Positions 18,432-27,449 of a stretch of DNA of 64,000 bases are shown piece after piece. Numbering within the stretch: the stretch's first letter is position 1; each line of letters begins with the position of its first letter. Origin of the DNA: a virus. Lineage: Duplodnaviria > Caudoviricetes. Made by a program: the position numbers and the translations under genes. The notes beneath the pieces are model-generated. The model saw only the letters and a program-made list of their open reading frames with translations. It did no database searches and was not told where the DNA came from. Location of the stretch: IMG/VR virus record IMGVR_UViG_3300020331_000002. One strand, given 5' to 3'.

Positions 18432-21239
18432 ATGAAAGTCACAACCAAAGGAAAAGAAACACGGACTTCGAGCGGCGTTGCCTCGACAGGCTTTACCATA
18501 AAATCTAACGCACACGCTTTTAAGATATTATCAAGCAACATGTATTCAAACCCACGACACGCTATTATTCGTGAGTTGTCTACTAACGCACTTGACGCGC
18601 ACGCGATGAATGGTAACACCGAGAAGCCGTTTGATGTGACCCTCCCGACGCAGTTTAATCCAGTATTCGTGTTAAGGGATTATGGCCCTGGCTTGGATAT
18701 AGACAATGCAACTAATCTCTATACCACGTATTTCGACAGCACTAAAAACGACGACAACAAAGCCGTAGGCGGTCTGGGCCTTGGATCCAAATCACCACTC
18801 GGTTATACAGACATTTTTAATGTTGTGTCTTACCACGAAGGAAAAGCACACTATTTCGCTGTAATTATTAATGAAGAAGGCCTCCCGTCTATCAACCATT
18901 TGGGCAGCTCGGACACTGACGAACCGTCAGGACTTGAAGTTTCAGTACCGATGAAAAACAACGAATCTTCTGAACGTGCACATTGGCTGGCTGAAGCTAT
19001 CGACATTTACATGTGGTTCCCTGAAGGCTCTGTTAATATTGTTAATCCGTCGGCGTACGATGACCGTCTTATTGATGAAGATATAGCTAGTATCGTCCAG
19101 GCAGGCAAAGTAGCGCTAGAAGAAGCCGCTGACTACGATATAGTGTCGTATTCTACTAACGTATACTTCGATGGAGGCAATAGCAGGTTGAATTATCACA
19201 CCTCCAAAGTACGGATACGTAGCTCGGGCCTTTACGCTCAAATGGGGCCTATAATTTACCCAGTCAGTATGGACCGTTTGGTGCTTCCAAACAACATGAC
19301 TTTAAACGCGCCTGACTCCGCAGTAGTAATGGAGTTTGGTATAGGCGAACTTACGATTGCACCTTCCCGTGAAGAACTCCACTATGACGACGAAACAGTC
19401 TCTGCCTTAAGTAAACGTATATGGCAAGCAGTTAACAACACAATCACAAGTATCACAGATGCAGTTGAAGAAATACAAACCGTTGATCAAGTAATTGAAA
19501 TGGCTAAGAACGGCCTGGAACTTGATGTGCCGGGCGGCACGTATGCAGCTCGTATGGCCAGTATGGACTTTCGTTCGCTATTAAGCGATCGTGTCCAGAA
19601 AATCGTTGACGCTCAGTATAATCCTATACTATCTGTATCGACACTTTCTTTAGATTCTGAACGAGTAGCACATAAGAAGAACAAGTACCGTATTAACCTT
19701 AGTATGTCAATACCTGACTTGTTTGTGACACATGGTACTATACCTGTAGAAGATGTGGCTGAGGTCAAACAAGCGCTTTGTCGTGCACGTATGATGAAAG
19801 CCGATAAGACATTTGACGTTGTCTATACAGAAGTAGTACACCGACACATACTGGACAAAGTTTACGAAAACTATTTGGAATCTGACCAAGCCGAAGAAGT
19901 AGTTGAAGCAGTTGCCGAACTGCTAGGCCTTGACCCTAGCGATGAATACTTTGACGAGACAGACTTGCCGTTGGGTAGGCTGTACCCGCGACACTTAAAG
20001 GGTTTAGTGGATGACGGTTTCGAAAACTTCGAGACTGCTTATGCTTTTGAATATGATTTCGGCAAGACGTGGACTCGTACTTGGACAAGTAGCAACTTTT
20101 TCAAAGACAGTGTAGAGATTTTGATTGAAGACAAGGCAGGCTACGTTAATGCTTGGCGTCAATACGTTAAGGAAAATCGTGCTTACTACTGCAACATAAG
20201 TATTCTAGCAAACGAAAAAGATGCTAAGCTAATCAAAGCGTTCCTCGATGCTGTTGACTTAAAAGTATCACACTACGGTAACGTAAGTGATTTTGAACCT
20301 GTAGTTGATATTAGGGAAGCCAACCGTCGCGATACATCTGCTATGAATATTGGTGTCCGCCGCGTGCGCAAAGACGGGTCGCTAATTGATTCTTATTTAG
20401 AAAACTGGGATGTTGTTAGCGTACACTCTGATACCACTGTGTACGTGAGCATAGACGCAGGTACGTTGTCGTCGCCGTATTCTACTGAGACAATGGAAGC
20501 GTGTAGTAAGTATTCTGACCAAGTTAAAGAGCTAGTTAACAAGGCCTATACGCTGCCCTCAGGTGACCCTGTTTCTAGAATATTGTTTTATACTGCAAGT
20601 AAACGGAATGTGAAGGCTATCGAAAACCTTGAAAATTGTTTGTCTGTGCAGTTAAAAGACTTCCGTGGTAAAATATCTGAAATGGCAGTAGTAGATCACA
20701 AAGACTACATTGATTCTATTAAAGGGGTATCGGCCGGCGAACTAGCAGGTAATATACCGAGCTTTATAATGGAAACTATAGAGTTCATATCGGATAATTG
20801 TCCTGATCTTAGATTTAAGATAGATGATGATTTTACTAGTAAATACGTCAACAAGGTCTTAACAATTACGTCAGCTACTACGAGCAACACCTACCAGTTC
20901 CTAGAGGCAGTAATTGGTAAACAAGACTTTCATGCTATTATTGAAGACGAGTCTTCAAAAGAAAGTAAAATGTTGCGGGACGCGACGTTCTGTGGTAAAA
21001 TTGCTAACGTCTTCGCGACACCGGTACTGTATTCGTTTGTACGCGGCTTGAGACTCGCGCAGAACAGTGCTTATTCTTATACAGGCATTTACGACTGTAG
21101 TTCGTGCGAACTAACGCGATATGATGGTCAGAAGCGTATTGTTCGCATACCGGAAGTTTCTATCAAAGAAGCGCTAAGACAAGCACGGAATATAATACGA
21201 GATCAGGTAATAACTGATACTAACACAGGAGAGGAATAA
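18432..21239 (+). CDS. rIIA: rIIA-like protein with N-terminal GHKL ATPase
   Basis: FKILSSNMYSNP..AIIRELSTNALDAH, LRDYGPGL, GGLGLGSKSP; adjacent to rIIB. Confidence 0.92.
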   Translation: MKVTTKGKETRTSSGVASTGFTIKSNAHAFKILSSNMYSNPRHAIIRELSTNALDAHAMNGNTEKPFDVTLPTQFNPVFVLRDYGPGLDIDNATNLYTTYFDSTKNDDNKAVGGLGLGSKSPLGYTDIFNVVSYHEGKAHYFAVIINEEGLPSINHLGSSDTDEPSGLEVSVPMKNNESSERAHWLAEAIDIYMWFPEGSVNIVNPSAYDDRLIDEDIASIVQAGKVALEEAADYDIVSYSTNVYFDGGNSRLNYHTSKVRIRSSGLYAQMGPIIYPVSMDRLVLPNNMTLNAPDSAVVMEFGIGELTIAPSREELHYDDETVSALSKRIWQAVNNTITSITDAVEEIQTVDQVIEMAKNGLELDVPGGTYAARMASMDFRSLLSDRVQKIVDAQYNPILSVSTLSLDSERVAHKKNKYRINLSMSIPDLFVTHGTIPVEDVAEVKQALCRARMMKADKTFDVVYTEVVHRHILDKVYENYLESDQAEEVVEAVAELLGLDPSDEYFDETDLPLGRLYPRHLKGLVDDGFENFETAYAFEYDFGKTWTRTWTSSNFFKDSVEILIEDKAGYVNAWRQYVKENRAYYCNISILANEKDAKLIKAFLDAVDLKVSHYGNVSDFEPVVDIREANRRDTSAMNIGVRRVRKDGSLIDSYLENWDVVSVHSDTTVYVSIDAGTLSSPYSTETMEACSKYSDQVKELVNKAYTLPSGDPVSRILFYTASKRNVKAIENLENCLSVQLKDFRGKISEMAVVDHKDYIDSIKGVSAGELAGNIPSFIMETIEFISDNCPDLRFKIDDDFTSKYVNKVLTITSATTSNTYQFLEAVIGKQDFHAIIEDESSKESKMLRDATFCGKIANVFATPVLYSFVRGLRLAQNSAYSYTGIYDCSSCELTRYDGQKRIVRIPEVSIKEALRQARNIIRDQVITDTNTGEE

Positions 21240-22576
21240 TGATATCGTATATCATACGTGAAGATAGTGTTGTCGTTTTCGTAGACGGCAAACAACACAT
21301 CGTTTCACAGAGTAATCACCCGCGATTTGCTGGTATTGTAGATGCCATTGATCGTGAAGACCATGAGTATATTCGAGAGAATATAAACGTCAAGGACGCA
21401 ATAACTCGTGAAATCACCGGCGCTTGTGAAGGCCGTGTAGAAGTAACCGACTCACAAGTATTGTTTAACGGGGCGGTTGTTACCAACTCAATCGGTAAGC
21501 GTATCCTTAGATGTATCGAACAAAAGCTACCGTTCAGACCACTGATGCGCTTCCTAGACAATATCATGGAAAACCCGTCTCGTACGGCAGTTGAAGAACT
21601 GTTCTTGTTTTTAGAACATAACGACTTGCCAATTACAGACGACGGTCACTTGCTTGCATATAAGAGCGTAACGGAAAACTTCAAAGACCGTCACACTGGT
21701 ACTATCGACAACTCGCCTGGCCGGGTAGTGGAAATGCCGCGTGAAGAAGTAGATAGCGAACGTGAAAGAACATGTTCATCCGGTTTGCACTTTTGCGCGT
21801 TGCACTACTTGAGCACGGCCTACGGGTATGGCGGCCAAGTGGTTATCCTTAAAATTAACCCGCGTGACGTAGTAAGTATTCCGTCGGACTACAATAACTC
21901 TAAGGGCCGCTGCTGTCGTTACGAAGTGCTATGTAAACAAAACAAACCAGGCGACGATATTCTAGCTCAAGGCCCAGCAGTAGTTGAGACCGAAGCGGTT
22001 AAAGATATCGTGAACAAGACTTCTACAGAAGTATATAACACTGACGGTAGTGAGTTTGTTCCTGAAGAGCGTGGATCAACTGTGCACTTTGAAAAACCAG
22101 TTGATGAAGTACCGGAAGAAGATGAAGAAAAGCCAGCCGAAACTGTTACTGAGTCTAATGTTCCTGGCGAACTACAGGTACCCTCTGCTACAGATGAAGC
22201 CCATCCGTTTGTTGGTAAAACTTTAGCGCTCTTCAGTGTGCAAGGCACGTTCTATAACGGTCGTCGTTACGTTGAAGCTAAGCTTCCTGTTTACGTTGCA
22301 TTAGAAGATGGCATGAGCTTAGACGACGCTGCTGAAATTCTAATAGAGTGTGAAGAAGCTGTTCGCTACCGTGTTTCTAACTTCCGTGTAGGTGCCAAGC
22401 AAACCTTACTAGTTAGACGCAGTGACGGTCCTGATTCACTTAATGTTGAGATTCAGAGCACTGGTAAGGTTAAGCTTAATAAACACGTTTCGTTTAACGG
22501 CGTATGTGTTGAAAGCACAGAAGACGGCAAAACTTTGATTGGTCTTAACGTCGGAAGCCCAGGCCGCTTAGAATAA
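21239..22576 (+). CDS. rIIB: rIIB-like protein with acidic linker and extra C-terminal domain
   Basis: ENPS..AVEELFLFL, LPIT.DG.LLAYK, CSSGLHFC, KINPRDVVSIPSDYN..KGRCCRYEV. Confidence 0.93.
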   Translation: MISYIIREDSVVVFVDGKQHIVSQSNHPRFAGIVDAIDREDHEYIRENINVKDAITREITGACEGRVEVTDSQVLFNGAVVTNSIGKRILRCIEQKLPFRPLMRFLDNIMENPSRTAVEELFLFLEHNDLPITDDGHLLAYKSVTENFKDRHTGTIDNSPGRVVEMPREEVDSERERTCSSGLHFCALHYLSTAYGYGGQVVILKINPRDVVSIPSDYNNSKGRCCRYEVLCKQNKPGDDILAQGPAVVETEAVKDIVNKTSTEVYNTDGSEFVPEERGSTVHFEKPVDEVPEEDEEKPAETVTESNVPGELQVPSATDEAHPFVGKTLALFSVQGTFYNGRRYVEAKLPVYVALEDGMSLDDAAEILIECEEAVRYRVSNFRVGAKQTLLVRRSDGPDSLNVEIQSTGKVKLNKHVSFNGVCVESTEDGKTLIGLNVGSPGRLE

Positions 22577-22588
22577 AACACACAAAAG

Positions 22589-22607
22589 AAGGGGGCTAGT
22601 CCCCCTT
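22589..22607 (+). terminator. Hairpin terminator
   Basis: aaggggg-ctagt-ccccctt. Confidence 0.75.
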
Positions 22608-22635
22608 AGTTCATAGATAAAAAGAATAATAAATT

Positions 22636-23517
22636 ATGGATACTTTTGACACACAGTATTACGAGCTTCTTCTCCATTTGGTGAATGTAGCTGAAGAAAA
22701 ACCTTCATCCCGCCCGGGCATGAAAACAAAGTCGACATTCGGGCATTCTATGTCAGTTGACTTGAGTGACTCCCTCCCGTTGACTACATTGCGCAAGACT
22801 CCGCTTAGATGGATATTTGAAGAAACAATGATGTTTGTGCGCGGTGAATCACAAACAAAAGTTCTAGAAGAAACCGGGATTACTATTTGGAAAGGTAATT
22901 CAAGCCGTGAGTTCTTAGATAACAAAGGTCATACTGATTGGCCGGAAGGTGAAATCGGTCCTGGCTCCTATGGCGCCCTGTGGCGTGCGTTCCCCGGCAA
23001 GGACGGCAAGACTGTCGATCAACTTAAACAGCTTGTAGACGGGCTAAAGAATAACCCGTACGACCGTAGACACTTAATTAGTGCATGGCATCCACAGTAC
23101 TCAGTAGATTTTGCTGCGCTACCCGCATGCCACATATTACAGCAATATGATGTAACCCCTAGCGGCAAGCTAAACAGCAACTTTTACATGAGATCCAACG
23201 ATGTGTTGTTCGGCTTGCCGTTTAATATGGCACAGTACGCGTTTATGAATATTTGTATTGCTAAACTCGTTGGACTTGAGCCCGGTAAACTTACTTATAT
23301 GTGTGGTGATTCACACATTTATGAAAACCAGTACGCGGCGTCTGAATATTTATTGTTACAGACAGAGCAAATGGATATTCCGCCACCGCCGAAACTAGAA
23401 ATTACAAAAGAGCTAAACACCTTAGATGACTTTGTAGACCTCAAGTACACAGACTTGCAACTAACAGGCTATAATCCTAATCCGGATATACCGAATAAAC
23501 CAAAAATGGCCGTTTAA
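22636..23517 (+). CDS. thyA: Thymidylate synthase
   Basis: RRHLISAW, LPACH, YMRSNDV..GLPFN, GDSHIYENQ; the dUMP-specifying Asn in PFN is retained. Confidence 0.96.
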   Translation: MDTFDTQYYELLLHLVNVAEEKPSSRPGMKTKSTFGHSMSVDLSDSLPLTTLRKTPLRWIFEETMMFVRGESQTKVLEETGITIWKGNSSREFLDNKGHTDWPEGEIGPGSYGALWRAFPGKDGKTVDQLKQLVDGLKNNPYDRRHLISAWHPQYSVDFAALPACHILQQYDVTPSGKLNSNFYMRSNDVLFGLPFNMAQYAFMNICIAKLVGLEPGKLTYMCGDSHIYENQYAASEYLLLQTEQMDIPPPPKLEITKELNTLDDFVDLKYTDLQLTGYNPNPDIPNKPKMAV

Positions 23518-23538
23518 TAGAACACACTCGATTTTTTT

Positions 23539-23603
23539 GACTAAATAGTATTGTGACAAGGACAAGACGATCGTTGTTTGCGTCACAATACAATTCACTA
23601 GTC
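23539..23603 (+). promoter_or_regulatory. TAAATA plus a long hairpin in the folE leader
   Basis: GTATTGTGAC (23548-57) and GTCACAATAC (23582-91) form a perfect 10-bp inverted repeat. Confidence 0.55.
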
Positions 23604-23626
23604 ATTAGATATGTAAGGAAAATCAA

Positions 23627-24316
23627 ATGTCATTTAATAAAACAAAAACTGACCCAGTTCTGGGCGCAAAAATCCAAGAACACTTGCTTGCGAAAGGTGT
23701 AGCAACTCCGGTTGTAGACGAGTTTCTAACAGTAGAAGCCAAAGAAAAAATATCTGTACTTGAAAAACACTTCTTTGAAATTTGGAAGAACTTAGGTATG
23801 GATATGACAGACGACAGTTTGTGCGAAACACCTAAGCGTATGGCTAAAATGTACGTGTTGGAAACAATGTGGGGCCTACTTCCTGAAAACTTTCCTAAGT
23901 GTACCGCCGTAGACAATAAAATGTCATATGACGAAATGGTTCTTGAGTGTAACATTAACGTTCAGTCTAACTGCGAGCACCACGGTGTGGTAATTGACGG
24001 TCTTGGTTATGTTGCATATATGCCCAAAGACAAAGTACTGGGTTTAAGCAAGATCAACCGTATTGTTGAATACTTTGCTAAACGGCCGCAAATCCAGGAG
24101 CGCTTAACAGAGCAAGTGTACTATGCGCTACAATACATTTTAGGTACCGACGACATCGCAGTTGTAGTCGACGCGACTCATTATTGTGTTAAGTCGCGCG
24201 GTGTTGAAGATACTGGGTCTAGCACTATGACTAGCAAGTTAGGTGGTCAGTTCAAAGAAAACCAAGCCCTTCGCCAAGAGTTCATGTCTCTAGTAAACGC
24301 GAAGCGCATCAAGTAA
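23627..24316 (+). CDS. folE: GTP cyclohydrolase I
   Basis: ETPKRMAKMY, SNCEHH, GLSKINRIVEYFAKRPQIQERLT, HYCVKSRGV. Confidence 0.97.
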   Translation: MSFNKTKTDPVLGAKIQEHLLAKGVATPVVDEFLTVEAKEKISVLEKHFFEIWKNLGMDMTDDSLCETPKRMAKMYVLETMWGLLPENFPKCTAVDNKMSYDEMVLECNINVQSNCEHHGVVIDGLGYVAYMPKDKVLGLSKINRIVEYFAKRPQIQERLTEQVYYALQYILGTDDIAVVVDATHYCVKSRGVEDTGSSTMTSKLGGQFKENQALRQEFMSLVNAKRIK

Positions 24317-24326
24317 GGGAGGCATT

Positions 24327-25334
24327 ATGGCCGAAAGTACAATGTTCTTGTCGAATATAAGCGTTGTGGATCATGCTTATATTGACGACATGGGTATGAT
24401 TATAGGCGGATCCTATAACCCTAGCTTTCTAGTAACTGGGAAAGTAACAGACGACGAAAGTGTGGTTATTGATTTCAGTACTGGTAAAAAAGCACTGAAG
24501 AAAATAATCGATCATGACGTTTACGGATTCGATCACAAGCTGTGGTTGATAGAAGGTTTTAGTAACGTGTCTACTGTTACTATCGTGTCGTCTGCTAAGC
24601 GCGAATACCTGAATAAGCAGTTTCTGGCGATCAGTGATCCCCGTCTTAAGCAGTACATGGAAGAAAGCGAAAAGACTATGTCTATGAGAAGTGATGTTGT
24701 TAGAATTACTTCTAGAGCGTTTGAGATCGATGTGCCGCGTGACGCGATTAAATGGGTGCAGAACCTTAAGCCGAGTAAAGACCTGCAAGAAATAGTAACC
24801 GAAGCGCTTGTTGCCTTGCTTGAAGAAAAGCTACAGGCCGAAGCCGATTACGAAGTTTCGCTCGAGTGCAAACTAGAGGTCACCGAACATGTGTATAATC
24901 AACATGTGCCGACCGCGCCGTTTAGATACACGCATGGATTAAAGTTCTCTACGTCTTGGGGATGCCAAAACATTGCCCACGGGCACTTGAGTTATATGCA
25001 GCTTATATTCGATGATATGACGAAGACTATTCGTCCTGAATACGTGAATGCAGTTGCCAAAGAGTTCGAAAACGTAGTGTTCGTGTTCAAAGAAAATGTC
25101 ATTGCACATGACGAAAAACACATCACTATCCAATACAGAACTAATCGCGGACATTTCCGTGCAAAGTATAACTTGAAACGTTTTGACGTTCGCTTGCTTG
25201 ATACTGAAACTACGGTAGAGTATCTAGTAGATCACATCTCCAAGTGTGATGCTGTACAGTCACTTCTTAAAGAAGGGCTTAAAGAGCTATACGTCAGTGA
25301 AGGGTTATCTAAGGGCGCTATGAAGCGGTTCTAA
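24327..25334 (+). CDS. Long two-domain QueD/PTPS-like T-fold protein
   Basis: VIDF...K..ID...DHKLW in the N-half; THGL, QNIAHGH and TTVEYL in the C-half; directly after folE. Confidence 0.75.
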   Translation: MAESTMFLSNISVVDHAYIDDMGMIIGGSYNPSFLVTGKVTDDESVVIDFSTGKKALKKIIDHDVYGFDHKLWLIEGFSNVSTVTIVSSAKREYLNKQFLAISDPRLKQYMEESEKTMSMRSDVVRITSRAFEIDVPRDAIKWVQNLKPSKDLQEIVTEALVALLEEKLQAEADYEVSLECKLEVTEHVYNQHVPTAPFRYTHGLKFSTSWGCQNIAHGHLSYMQLIFDDMTKTIRPEYVNAVAKEFENVVFVFKENVIAHDEKHITIQYRTNRGHFRAKYNLKRFDVRLLDTETTVEYLVDHISKCDAVQSLLKEGLKELYVSEGLSKGAMKRF

Positions 25335-25352
25335 TAATAACAACACTGAGAC

Positions 25353-25378
25353 AAAAAGGGACTTCGGTCCCTTTTTTC
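25353..25378. terminator. Rho-independent terminator (TTCG loop)
   Basis: aaaaagggac-ttcg-gtcccttttttc. Confidence 0.9.
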
Positions 25379-25379
25379 T

Positions 25380-25385
25380 TAAATA
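25380..25385 (+). promoter_or_regulatory. Putative late promoter TAAATA
   Basis: Abuts the terminator, 26 nt before ATG 25411. Confidence 0.6.
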
Positions 25386-25410
25386 TGCTTATAGGAAATA
25401 GGAAATATTT

Positions 25411-26451
25411 ATGCCAAATCATATTGGAATTAGTGTACTGGCTACCAAGCCGGGCCAGCCACCAACGTCCGGTGGTACTACGGTAGAAGCATTTATGTTC
25501 GATACGTTCGAAGACGCGGTGCCGTTTATAGCTAGCTATGAGCCGCCTACTAATTTCGAAGTGTTTCAGACCTGGAATCGTTTCTCTAATAGCCTTTTCT
25601 TTGAACCGGGGGATCCGCTGTCTAACAACGCGGGTGCGTTCACGTATAACTCGTCAGCTGACAGGATACAGTGCACGGCAAATACACCCCAGTATGTTGG
25701 ATTCTCCAGTCCGAGCAAATCACGCAATGTGACCATTGAAGTTACTGTCGGTTCCACGGCACAAGACGATGATGCGCTTGCTGTCATTGTTGCACACGAG
25801 CCTTACACGAATGCCGACGGCGAACCTGCAAACAGGTTCCTTGCAGTTATACGACAACCCGGCGGCTTAGCACTCGGGGGAGGATCAGGCCAGTATTACC
25901 TGGCGTGTTTGTCTTATAATGATACGGAGCAATCAGGCGGTGTGTACTTGCCGTTAGGCACACCAGTAAACTGGAACAACGGTCGTAACTCAAGCAACAA
26001 TGGCTGGGCAGCAAGTGGCAAGAGCCGTATACGAATTGAGAGAGAAGGACCAGTAATCCGAGCTTGGGCCACCCCGTTCTCCACCCAAAGCCTCGCAGCC
26101 CTATCAACAGTGGATCCTAGTGAAGATAATCCTAACAGCATTATCAACATCAACACTGGTAATTACCCAGAGCTTGCATGGGTAGGCGCTAATAAATTGG
26201 CGTTTGGTTATGGCTGTCAGTCCCAGGACGATGCATACTTCGCAGACATAGAGATAGAAGGCGGCCTGCTCAACGATACTATTTTTGTGGCATCCACGAA
26301 CAGTGTTTACAAATACAACTATGACACTGGTGAATGGGACTTAGTGGAAGGCGAAACTGTGCAGAGCCGCTTAGGTAAACGCATCGATATAGTTAACCCT
26401 AACACCGGCAAAAAGTACGTCGTTGACATAAACGGTAACCTAATAACTTAG
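25411..26451 (+). CDS. Beta-sandwich (ConA/lectin-like) virion protein
   Basis: YVGFSSP, ST.QDDDALAVIVA, RIRIEREG..IRAW and FGYGCQSQ pattern; Asn/Ser/Gly-rich; late promoter. Confidence 0.55.
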   Translation: MPNHIGISVLATKPGQPPTSGGTTVEAFMFDTFEDAVPFIASYEPPTNFEVFQTWNRFSNSLFFEPGDPLSNNAGAFTYNSSADRIQCTANTPQYVGFSSPSKSRNVTIEVTVGSTAQDDDALAVIVAHEPYTNADGEPANRFLAVIRQPGGLALGGGSGQYYLACLSYNDTEQSGGVYLPLGTPVNWNNGRNSSNNGWAASGKSRIRIEREGPVIRAWATPFSTQSLAALSTVDPSEDNPNSIININTGNYPELAWVGANKLAFGYGCQSQDDAYFADIEIEGGLLNDTIFVASTNSVYKYNYDTGEWDLVEGETVQSRLGKRIDIVNPNTGKKYVVDINGNLIT

Positions 26452-26608
26452 CTTTGTGGCAAAGCTTATTAGAATCGTTAATAACTTAAAAAAATTGTTA
26501 AAAAATACGCATGATGGTCTTGATTTATCTTTTACGACTTACTAGTCTTAGGAATAACAAGGGCGCCGTAATTTTTGCAGAATAATTACATTTTTATGCA
26601 CCTAGGTG

Positions 26609-26637
26609 TTTGGATTCAGGCATGGCTGTGTTATAAT
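26609..26637 (+). promoter_or_regulatory. Extended -10 sigma70 promoter
   Basis: TGT-TATAAT at 26629-37 with a weak -35. Confidence 0.5.
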
Positions 26638-26685
26638 TATTTATACTAAAAAGCAGTAATATAACTGTAGTCGCAAGAGCCTTTC

Positions 26686-27063
26686 TTGCGAGACTTAGAT
26701 AAAAATATCAGAGCCATGCATAATAACAACAATAATACAGGCATGACGTGTGAATCCTGGTACGAAGAACATCGCCGTACAATTAACGGACTGTATAGTA
26801 GATCGGATTCAGGCACGGCCTTCTCGCAAGAGTTATATGGTGCAATATTTAAAACGTGCGATTTTTTGCCGGTAACCCTTGTAACAGACTATCACGAAAA
26901 CGGATTTAAGAAAAATGACTTGTTAATTCGCCGCTGCGAGTTTACGGGCTGCTTTTTCACAACCACGGTTTTGTGTGATTGTCATATGAATACTGATTTT
27001 GACGTCGACTTTGTTATACGACTAAATTGTAGTAACAAAGTACAAAAGGACATAAGTATATGA
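26686..27063 (+). CDS. Hypothetical Cys-containing protein (start uncertain)
   Basis: Overlaps the next ATG; TTG start doubtful. Confidence 0.45.
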   Translation: MRDLDKNIRAMHNNNNNTGMTCESWYEEHRRTINGLYSRSDSGTAFSQELYGAIFKTCDFLPVTLVTDYHENGFKKNDLLIRRCEFTGCFFTTTVLCDCHMNTDFDVDFVIRLNCSNKVQKDISI

Positions 27064-27449
27064 CACCCATCAAACAGAGACTTATCTACGTCACGTTTCA
27101 AAAAGAAGGCATACACTGCTACCCGGCAGCCGCTACTGATCCGAAGTTAGCGACCGGCGACTGGAAAGACGTTAGTTTTCTTGCTCATCCGCATCGACAC
27201 ATCTTCCATTTTAAAGTCACTATTAGTGTGACTCACAATGATCGTGATATCGAGTTCATTCAATTTAAGCGTTGGTTAGAGCGCTTATATGATGGCACTC
27301 TTGAGTTAGATCACAAAAGTTGTGAAATGCTAGCCGAAGAATTAGGCGAAATCATACTCGAAGAATACGGGTATGATGGTGTTTATCTAAAAGTAGACGT
27401 TAGCGAAGACGACGAAAATGGTGCTGTGCTGGTGTGGGGTGATAAATGA
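27060..27449 (+). CDS. Short QueD-like T-fold protein
   Basis: HPHRH metal motif, DIEFIQFK, SCEMLAE, VSEDDENGA. Confidence 0.75.
   Translation: MTPIKQRLIYVTFQKEGIHCYPAAATDPKLATGDWKDVSFLAHPHRHIFHFKVTISVTHNDRDIEFIQFKRWLERLYDGTLELDHKSCEMLAEELGEIILEEYGYDGVYLKVDVSEDDENGAVLVWGDK

Noticed and set aside
22636-23517. dCMP hydroxymethylase or other base-modifying ThyA paralog
   Set aside because: It retains GLPFN (Asn, dUMP-specific) and the other canonical thymidylate synthase motifs.
16710-23568. Shared 11-mer AAGGACAAGAC at 16710 and 23558
   Set aside because: One copy is simply an RBS; the contexts differ and only two copies were seen, so chance is likely.
23539-23626. preQ1-I riboswitch upstream of folE
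   Set aside because: I could not find the AGAGGUUCUAG-type P1/loop or the A-rich 3' tail; kept only as an unexplained hairpin.
26452-26685. AT-rich 235-bp gap as replication origin or ncRNA
   Set aside because: It is explained by a hairpin and one or two sigma70-like promoters; no iterons or extended structure seen.
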